From Trichoplax adhaerens (Eukaryota; Animalia; Placozoa), in assembly GCF_000150275.1 (NCBI RefSeq), contig NW_002060981.1, positions 208,141 to 272,140 of the forward strand: a stretch of DNA of 64,000 bases, written 5' to 3'. The notes beneath the pieces are model-generated. The model ran no database searches, was not told where the DNA came from, and saw only the letters and a list, made by a program, of their open reading frames with translations. The translations under genes and the position numbers were made by a program. Positions 54,301 to 64,000 of the stretch are shown here, piece after piece (within the stretch, counting starts at the first letter, position 1; the number at the start of each line of letters is the position of its first letter).

Positions 54301-57300
54301 ACTTTGTAAGTGGATTTACCTAATTAGTTTTAAGTACATCTGTTATTTTTTGCATATTGTTGCTTGCTAGTGTTTATGTATCGTAACTCACAAACAAGCT
54401 GAATTAAGATTTGTCTTGTGGTTTAAGGCAATGGGTTGTGATTTTTATTATTGGAACTGTGCACTAACTGTTTATAGTAAGGTGACAACTTATCGTTGAG
54501 TCTATAGTTGATGATATTGTGTCTATTCTGTAATTAACTTGTATTATGTTATCTCACTTTCAGTGCTCGCATGCTGTTGTAATAACAATTATAAGTGAGA
54601 TAAATATCGAAAGAATGTTTCGCTACTTTTAAAATGCTTTCCTAGAGTAAAGACTATTCGCAACATTATACTAGCCATATCAAGATATTTTGTTTGCTAG
54701 ACCCTAACAAGTTTTAGTTATGTCACANNNNNNNNNNNNNNNNNNNNNNNNNNNNNNNNNNNNNNNNNNNNNNNNNNACACTTTATTCAGTAACTCACTA
54801 CTCACTGTTCTCTCTAAAATTCAACTGATTTAAACCAATAAATACACTCATAAATAACCGGCTATCTTAACAAAGAAATACCAGACACACCTTGATGATG
54901 TGATTAGATAAAAAGATGAATTTATTTATAAAGAACAATCTTATCTAAATTACGTACGTAATCATTAAGCCTTATAGGCTAATAAATGTATCACATTGCA
55001 AATAACGTTCATAGCTTTCATGTTTTGAATAAATCAAGAGTAAAACTGATTTACTATCGGATATTAATTTCTACAGTAGTAAGTACAATAAATCCTAGCA
55101 TTTCCTATACTATAACTCTGAGACACTGTCGGCTACAATACTTTCTAAACTCTACAATTTAGGTAACATAACGCCGTAACAAGTTATTATAGAGAAATCT
55201 CTAGAAGGATAGTTCTAAATACATTGTCTACGAAATGAGTACTTATACATTATCTAAGCAGTGCCTTAATTTGGTAGGTGCTATAAAAATTGACTATGGA
55301 CTAGCTATAAAATATTATTTGGTGTTGATAAAGAGTATTGTCTTCCTTCACGCATGATTACTGGTTAATTTACTGCGATTCAGTCTATTCTATTAATTTT
55401 AAGTTCGTAAGAGTTAATAAATTTCTCTATTTTCATCTCTTTAATCTAAAGAAACATGTCTAATACCGGATTAGCCTATTTACCAGAAGTTATTTTTAGG
55501 AATGTGAGCAAATTAGCCACTATGTAAGTCATGCTAGAATCATTTGGAAACTTTTAAGACTTTTAAATGATATATTTACCAAATCCTCTTAAAACTAAAA
55601 GCTATAAAATACACATTTTTTAACTACCTTTTTATATCAGTATGTCATGTTAATATCAGTATTTGAGTCATTAGCATTCAATTACAGGACATTTTTACAG
55701 CTTTTAATGAAATATTTTTATTATCAAATCTCAAAGCCACGATAATTATAGTTTGATTTATCTATACGTATGCTATGCGGTCATTATAAATATATATGGA
55801 ACCCATATTAAGCTTTATTCATTTTCTGAAATAGGAGAATTTAGCAATCGCAACTTTCAATGTATCTTCGATTACGTAGAAAGTAATCAATGTAAAAAAT
55901 TAACAAATTTGTTGATAGTAAAAAGTCAAAGCTTAAATTTTTAAGCCTAGTCAGCAACTACTAATTCCATAATTAAGTTAATTTTAATTATACTGTATTT
56001 TTAGCTGTAATCTAAAACAGAGATACGGTTATAGCTTCCATTTTCATGTACAAATATAAATTACTGTATTAATTATTTATAGCACGCACAGAACCACTCT
56101 GCTTACTATTATTTGCTACACTTTAACTATTATAGAATATGCTTCTTTAGTTTTAGTTTTACAGTCTTGGTCACTCCATGAGTTTTATTCCAAAGTGTTT
56201 AATACTGCTGATTTCCGCTTCACGTCTCACTAAATTTCCAGTCGTATGGCAGCTATCCTATCTATATGATTTACTGCATAGAACAAAGAACTTATTTTCA
56301 TACAGAAGCGCATTAATTTAATCACTGATAGCTACGAAACCTTCTCCAAAAACCTATAGATCTCCTTTCATATTACGTTTACATTAGCATCGACATATCA
56401 AGCTATTCTAAAATAGAACAATAAAATTGTGTTATATAATAAATAAGATAAATGCTAGAATTGGATATTAGCAATCAATTTGCACTATTACTTCTATCTT
56501 TATCTAGAGACTTGAGCATGAATTCTATCCAATCTTTGCGTTTACTTGAACCAGAACTGATACCTAATCTCAGGGAATTGTAAGTTTCCAGATAAATTAA
56601 ATGGCATAACTATCTGCTTCTAATTTAAGAAATTAGTATAATCTGAAGGTTATAGCTTAATATCACCAGGTATAGTTCTATAATAGATAATCTTCGATTG
56701 ACTGTGTCATTTAAATATATTTGCTCTTATAATACATTATTGTTAGTACGCATTCTAGTTTAAATTTCATTCTTCGAAATCATGATTGTGACAAACGAAG
56801 AAAGAAAGATAATAAAATATTAAATTTTAGAGCACATTGATATACTGTTACTTTAAATCAGGTTGATTTGAGACGATAAATAATCTTAATGTTTCGTAAA
56901 GAAGCTAAGCTTATGCCCTTAATTTGAGAGAAATCGATATTAATATGCTAGATATAAGTTAAAAAAGAAAGCATTGAAACAAAAAGAGAGCAGAATTTTT
57001 CGCTAATTAAGAAAAAATTGGGTTGCTCAGTTATTTCTAGAGTATTTACTTACCAATTTCTGTACTTCTAATTTCGATTAAATTATACTAACATCCAACT
57101 GTACTGCCATTTTTTATATGCTATACAGAGTTGTTGGTGCGATCAAAATAAATAATTATCTTACTAAAGTTTTAAATTAGCGTAGCAAAATAACGTAACT
57201 ACAGAAAAACTATACGCTAGAATATATTTAATGTTTTAAAGTTAATAATTTGCTGTAATCATCAACAAGTCTGTCTGCAACCAGCAAATTTACTGCAGCT

Positions 57301-60300
57301 GTCATAACTGTCTAAGTGGCATTAACTATCTAGAACTACTCTCCCAGATAGACTCAAAAGAACTGTCGGTAAAAGTGTAACTTACTTAGGTTACGACTTT
57401 ATTTTAGCAGTACTGACTAGCAATCTTTAAAGAAAAGAAAACCAAAAACAACCAGCAATAACTAGCTTTTATGCTTAAATTTAAAATAAGATAGCATGAA
57501 ACAAGTGAACTGCAGATATATGATCAAAGGAGGTTAACATAGCTAAAGTATTACAAACATGACAGATTGTAACTTAGTCAAACAAAACCATATTATTAAC
57601 TTAAGTACTATAAGAAATTATGACAAGTTAAAATACAGTTCTTGGTATGAGCTAGGCAAGAAATCCCACCTGAACATGTATCTTATCTACGGTCATTTAA
57701 TGTCACCGACAAAATTCCTATTACACTCACTTAATGACTCAATTGACATACATATCTTAAATTGGAGACATAACGGTAACCCGTCATGATTCAACAGACC
57801 GTTAATACCAATTAATACAATGCATGAACGGTTACGACTTACAACTGTAACTTGCAAAACAAATCATTATGATTTAACGTACATTCTCTTATAAAGCTAA
57901 CATACTTATAGTACTTTACAGAGACTGTAAATAATACACTACATGATCAGTATGAAAGAACTACTGTAACTTAACCTTAATATTGGAATCGTAGTTCAGT
58001 AGCAGCAGCATGTAGCTTATAGTAACAACTATGTTTGGCTAGTATCCAAGAATTAGAACCGTTAAATCTCTCTGCTTTATCATCAAATAATTTATTTCAT
58101 ATAAACTAATATTATTACGTCTGTAATAGATTTAAATATGCTTTGATGAAGAATTCTAAAATTAACTTTTATTACGGCTGGATGTGTTTATCTAGATCGC
58201 TGCGAAATAATGTAATAAAGGAATTGGATAATCAATTCTTTATGAACATCCCGCGTCTGGAAAAATTGTTAGAAATGATTTAAGAAAGAATATATCAGTT
58301 CTTAATGAAACGCGATGCGGTGGACTATATATAACTGACTTAGAATTTATTTTAGATATTTGGATGGAAATACGATAACAGCGGATACTGTTCTATATAT
58401 ACAATTTAAAGGAAAAACACTGTAAATTAAAATAATGTTATAACCATAGGAGTTTTCATTTTCAGAAATACCTTAACGTTTATACTATTACCTAGTAGCA
58501 TAATTAAGTTAAAAATTGATCATTGGTGGTTTGGAAAATTATTTTCACTAGAGGGTTATCTTATAATAACATTGACGTAATATCTTGGGGCGTATGGCCA
58601 GTAATTAGTACGTCTAATCTGTAAGTATTGCAATAGATCTATATACGCAATTACGTATAACTCGGCTTATTTAGATATTGTTGGACGTGAATTTCCCCTA
58701 TAAAATTAATAAATAAAAAGAATGAACCTTGTAACGCTTCAGTAATCCAGTTGTCAACTAATCTTTTCTAACTTTGTAATTAGTGATTTGTCCTGGAATA
58801 AAATTAAAAGCGTCGAATATATGAATCAAATAAAAGGATTGACAACGATGTAAGTAATGATTTAATACAGTATAACTGTTAGCTGTGGCAGATCTGGAAT
58901 GTATAACCTACCAAATCAATCCTAATCGTCCATCTACAATGATTCATATATGACAACTTTAATCTATTATTGTTCTGTTACTTACAGTTTTAAATATAAC
59001 AAATATTACTTCCCTTCACGAGTATTCCAAGTTTGAATTTCGATTACCACAATAATCTATTGTAAATCCAAGTATCGAAAATATCAGCTTCTTAATAGAA
59101 ATTGAGAACTCTGGCATTGGTATAGTGTAATTCACAAATATTCTACATAATTTTTAAAACTAGTCCCTGTATTTCTCGATTATTTAGTAATTCTGCTATA
59201 ATAAAGCTATTAAATTTATTTTCCCTTATAAGTAATAACGCAGCTAATGCTAATTAATATAACAATATGATAATGAGAAGGAAAAATATGTCCTTTACGT
59301 TACAATCTAGTGTAATTCTTGATATGCAAGAGCAGCTTGCCAAAAATACAGATAAAGGCTACCATGGATGATGATAATAGGAAATGAAGACATTCGCAGT
59401 TTCTGTAATATCAGTAGAGTTTAAATAATCCGTTAGTTATTTAGCTTGACCAGAAAAACTCTTAAGAACTTACAGTTGCGGCTTGGTTTATAATTCTAAA
59501 TTTTCATGCGCGATGTAATAGTTAAAATTATCTACGTTAAGTTGCCAGAGTTACGATGTTTTAGTGCATAGATTTTTATGATCATATTGTGATGTAGAAT
59601 GCAACTGTCGCCTTAGGGATTTAACTGGAAATCACCTTCATCCTACATCCGCTCTAAACTTTCAAGAGCAGAGTGAACTTAGAAGCTTGTAAGCAACATA
59701 AACGACATATGAAGTAAAATTTACTTTTAAAACGAATTGAAATTCCAATATTGCTAGGTGCAGTGCAAGCTAAGATACAGAAGTAGCAGTTTATTAAATT
59801 AATTTGAACCTAGATTCTACGCGATGCCAGCAAAAATTAAAATTTTTTTCATTGCATTAGAACTAGTATTATCAATTTTAAGTGATATCGCTAAAAATTA
59901 AGTAATACTGTGATAATGCTCTCAATCTAGAGATAATATAGCTGAGAAAATAAGTAAAATTAATTCGTTGTTGTTGATGTACAATAATTAAAATGATTGC
60001 ACGGACGTATGCACGCAAAAGGGCCCACTTACAGTGCAAGTGTACAATGTACAGCCCACGTAGTACACTTGAGCAGCGTACTCGTGACGTCGCAGCAAGT
60101 TTGCACTAAAAATTGTAGATCCATTTCTTTACGCTACTGTACAGTGTACACTACAGGAGATAAATACTCATTTATATAGTAGATAGATATATACTGTATT
60201 CCGTAGCTTACTTTCTTAGATTTATTAAGAATGAATACTAGAGGTGAGAGAATAAATCGGTTAGCTAGTGAAAGAGATCGCAAGCGTTAATATTATTGCC

Positions 60301-63300
60301 ACGGTACGAACTACCGTGAAGAAATAGCTATCTAAATTTGGTTAATTTAATATAGTGAAATTATATTACAACTAGTTACTTACAATAAGAATTACTCTAA
60401 TGATAAATGTGTTACAGTTAATTTTTAATGCTGTGCTGTAATCTGCACTGAAACGATTCTGTGAATGGACATATTGTAGTCCGACTGTGAAAAATTGGTT
60501 AATAGCTGTTCTCACCTAAGTATTTTTATAAGATGACTCGTGAATGTTAGCTGCTGTAGAAGGGTATATAAGCCCATCAGATAGTTTAATAAAGTAGTTC
60601 TCAATTGTTTAGTTGAGTTTAACGTAGAATCAAAGGCGTCTAAATTCTTGTGAGTAGGGATACTGAATCCCGGAGACTATAGTAATTTAGAGATTTTTTT
60701 ACGTTATCCTTGTCACGAAGCTGGTTTGTGACAATTATATACTGGATCGGGCCACCGTTCAAAGTGCTGGTATAAGCTAGCATTACCATAAAATTAAATT
60801 TTTATTTCCAGAAATTTAAAAAGTAACCAAATTAGAAGTATTTCCGCAGAATATTTTCGAGAACTGAGAAAATTGCCTAATTTTTCGAAATTGTAAGACC
60901 TAGTATAGGATATAACTAGTATTAGCCATGCCTTTGTTTAATCAAAAATGTCATAGAAAATATTGCTGACATAATTCAATGAAACTTAGATAAATAAGCT
61001 GTTAATCTAGCTCAGTAAGATATAGCGCGTAGATGGATACCGGATGTGATATAAATTCTGATAGAACGCGTAAATTTGATTAAAATAAGAGTTCATATAA
61101 TCAATATATCAGATCTACAGTTTAACTTTGTCAGAAAAACTCTCGTATGTACGATAAATATATGATGCATATTAGGTATCACTAATAGTCTAAATTTTTA
61201 CTGAAGATAATATGCGAATAAATTTAAAGCTTATTTTAAACTGGTGGATATTTATTAGGACTCTTTCAGATAACAAATTATCTACAATCCATAAAATGGC
61301 TTTTAATATATTCAACTTGACTTCCTTGTAAGTTAAAATAATAATAACTAGCTTAAATACATAAAGCATATCTAAATTGGATGCTATTAAATTGATATCA
61401 TAAACTGTATCTGGATTTAAATTCTTTATCTATCCTCGCGAAATTTCTATTTCTTTTATACTGTTGCAGATCTTTAGAAAATAATTATATCGCCGATTTA
61501 AAGTTTCTAGCTTTGATGAAAACACTTATCTCCCTGTAAGTAACATCGTTGTGCTGACTATTTAAAGATACTAATATTTAAGCCTTAGAGCTACTAACAC
61601 AATCTAGTTTAAGATTAAAATGTAATGATGGATGAGAAATTTATGTTTGTGATCTTGTCTTACGAATTCATTTCAATATCATTTCCCTAGCAATTTGAAA
61701 AATAATTTAATCAGTGAACTGAAAGTGGAAGAATTTATCAACTTAATCCATTTGGAAAATCTGTAAGTATATCAAATTACGAATTGATTTTAATTAATAG
61801 ACATTAATTAATAATTTCTTTCTTTACTAAGCAAGCAGCTTAAACAATGCTGTAGCATGGTAAAGGTATTCGCAAATTTTACCTTACAAGAATTATTTTA
61901 ATTCGAAATTTTCCCGCTACATATGCTTATACCAAATTTTAGAATAATATTTGTTAAATTTATAATAAATCTAACGCTATTAAACTTATTTAAACGTGTA
62001 TCTTTTTCAGGACAATGTCACAAAATCAAGTTAAAACAATACATGAAGCTGCATTTTCGAAACTGCAGAGACTAAAATTCTTGTAATAATACCTGATATT
62101 GTTACCGTCCCTGATATTAACAATATCATTAGTGATTGGCATTATCTTTAGAGATACTAAAATCGAGATTTATACTAGTAAAATGGATCTACTATTATCC
62201 TTCATTATTTAAGTTAAATAGTAAATATTTCCTATCCCGCAGGGATATATCCTTCAATCCTTTAACTTACTTGCCTAATGGAATATTTGATGGCCTAACT
62301 TCTTTATTCAAACTGTAAGCAACAATTATTTTGAAATCTAGGCTTCATTCATACATTGTGTTCTCGAGCGTTTTAATTGAATTTTGCTCTAATGAATATT
62401 TATATTTAATAATTGTGTGATAATTTAGGGATTTAAATAATTGTCATATGAAAAGTTTCAAAAATTTATTTGCAAAATCTCTCGGTGGTCTAGAAATTTT
62501 GTAAGATGAATATTAATAATTTCGGTTTCAATGAGTTACTAATTCAGATCGCGTTTTTTAAAAGATCCATTAAGAATAATCAACTAAAGGCAATTACTAA
62601 CGGGTTGTTAAAGAACTTAACTTCGTTAAGGAAATTGTAAGACAGATCATCTTTATATTTCTACTAGCGAAGGCAGTATTTATTTAAGAAAAGGATAACA
62701 GAAACTCTCATATTTTATTGGACGAATAGATACCTTGACGGTAACAAAATAGAATTAATCGAGCCTCAAAGCTTTATAAATACGCTGCAGTTATCAACTC
62801 TGTGAGTGTACTGAATTGGTACATTTTTGTTTAAGATTTGTAGCTCTTAGGTCACAAAATCATGTCTTAAAGTTGAATCTAATTATGCTTTCACAAAATT
62901 TGTTAAATTAAATAGTTCCTTAGTGGGCAATTTTATAACCAAGCTCAATTGCAATACCCTCACGCATCTGAAGAAATTGCAGATTCTGTAAGCTATATCT
63001 TACACTAAGTTGGAAATCACATATATATAAAGTTGTATTTGTATTTTCATACTTATTTGTTTGATTGTTCAAACTTTACTTTAAAATTATGATATTTTAT
63101 AGCCGTTTGGCAGACATGAGAATACAATATGTCGTAAACCAATTGGTATGCCTGGAAATATTCGAACTATTAGATTCTCTGTAAGTAATAGCAGTAAATA
63201 TCAGGTATTAGGCGTAGTACCGGATAAAAAATCTTGAATTTTTCATTTTTGCCCATTGTCACGGTTCGAACTACCGTGAAGAAATAGCTATCTAAATTTG

Positions 63301-64000
63301 GTGAATATAATATAGTGATACTATATTACAACTAGTTACTTACAATATGAATTACTCTAAATATAAGTATGTTACAGTAAATTTAATGCTGTGCTGCAAT
63401 GTGCTGTAATGTGCACTGAAATGATTCTATGAATGGACATATTGTAGTCCGACTGTGAAAAATTAGTTAGTAGATGTTCTCACCTAAGTATTTTTAATAA
63501 GATGACTCATGAATGTTAGCTGCCGTGGAAGGGTATATAAGCTCCTCAGATAGTTGAATAAAGTAGTTCTCAATTGCCTAGTTGAGTTTAACGTAGAATC
63601 AAAGGCGTCTAAATTCTTGTGAGGTAGTTAAGGGATACTGAATCCCGGAGACTATAGTAATTTAGAGATTTTTTTACGTTATCCTTGTCACGAAGCTGGT
63701 TTGTGACACCCATATATATGAATACGAGGTATTTTACTTATAACAACTTGATATCATTTTATGCATTAATGTGCAGCATAATTTATGTCATTAGTCATGC
63801 TGATGGAATAAAATGCTTACTATAAAAGCATTAAATGATTGTCATTGTTAATAGATATTTTAGCCTTTTTTAAAATGTTATAATATCATTATACTACTTT
63901 TAAAATCTAGGGATATCAGCTATAGCAATATGTCAATATTTATAGAAATTATTGGTTCAAGATCTTTACCCAATCTTAAAGTTTGTAGTATCACCATATA
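48330..64000 (+). CDS. Large extracellular leucine-rich-repeat protein (LRRNT plus >=33 LRR exons); signal-peptide exon not found, 3' end beyond the window
   Basis: Exon 48330-48477 encodes CPQFCAC...C (LRRNT). It is followed by 66-81 nt phase-2/phase-2 exons of one LRR each, e.g. 48569-48640, 49988-50059 (NLDVNNLIELPSRLFEDLKSLKTL), 53030-53101, 53520-53591, 56508-56579, 59617-59688, 62243-62314 (DISFNPLTYLPNGIFDGLTSLFKL) and 62730-62801. Confidence 0.9.
50405..50846 (-). mobile_element. Diverged relative of family A
   Basis: Starts TGTCACAAAACAGCTT, like copy 2's TGTCACAAACCAACTT. Shares cgcct..tacgttaaa, ctttatt and tttatata blocks in the same order. Degenerate far end tcacaatgattcgaactgtaa; near-TSD GTAAA/GTAGA. 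Confidence 0.65.
50903..51338 (-). mobile_element. Solo-LTR-like element, family A, copy 2 (inverted)
   Basis: Reverse complement of copy 1; TSD GTATC on both sides. Confidence 0.9.
54721..55181 (-). mobile_element. Second LTR-like family element spanning an assembly gap
   Basis: TGTCACA...CGTAACA termini with perfect TSD AGTTA on both sides; reversed AATAAAG at 54781-54787. True length unknown because of the gap. Confidence 0.7.
57300..58004 (-). mobile_element. Possible further LTR-like element
   Basis: TGTCAT...GTAGCA termini with flanking GCAGC on both sides; reversed AATAAAG near 57397; shares GAACTAC near its 5' end with family A. The TSD sits in a CAG run, so it may be chance. Confidence 0.4.
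60297..60733 (+). mobile_element. Solo-LTR-like element, family A, copy 3
   Basis: TGCCAC (one substitution)...GTGACA termini; TSD ATTAT on both sides. Confidence 0.9.
63257..63708 (+). mobile_element. Solo-LTR-like element, family A, copy 4
   Basis: TGTCAC...GTGACA termini; TSD CCCAT on both sides; small internal duplication of the aatgtgctg motif. Confidence 0.9.

Larger units (their letters stand above)
49514..54777. other. Three 50-N assembly gaps (49514-49563, 51798-51847, 54728-54777)
   Basis: Runs of n. An acceptor-like ttgtag|G lies just before the second gap, so exons are probably missing. Confidence 0.98.

Overview
AT-rich (roughly one-third GC by eye), intron-containing animal DNA. 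The short introns, intronless GPCR, many-exon LRR gene and TACAG/CTGTA-rich promoter tracts suggest a placozoan such as Trichoplax, but this is inference only. Seven protein-coding genes can be rebuilt by hand: a 5'-truncated rhodopsin-family GPCR (+), ABHD13 (+), an MS4A/CD20-like four-TM protein with three PPxY motifs (-), a DYRK4-like kinase (+), an MFF-like tail-anchored protein (-), ferroportin/SLC40A1 (-) and a large extracellular LRR gene (+) that runs off the window end. The LRR gene has an LRRNT exon plus at least 33 one-repeat-per-exon phase-2 cassettes. Two non-coding signals stand out. (1) The LRR locus carries four near-identical ~435-450 bp TG..CA solo-LTR-like elements, each with its own perfect 5-bp target-site duplication, plus three diverged relatives; a fourth relative lies upstream at 39.8 kb. 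(2) Several GC-richer, ORF-poor islands beside the TACAG tracts fold by eye into nested multi-stem structures, mostly with +strand G-U pairs, and match no ncRNA family I recognise. They are candidate uncharacterised structured RNAs. Three 50-N assembly gaps fall within the LRR gene.
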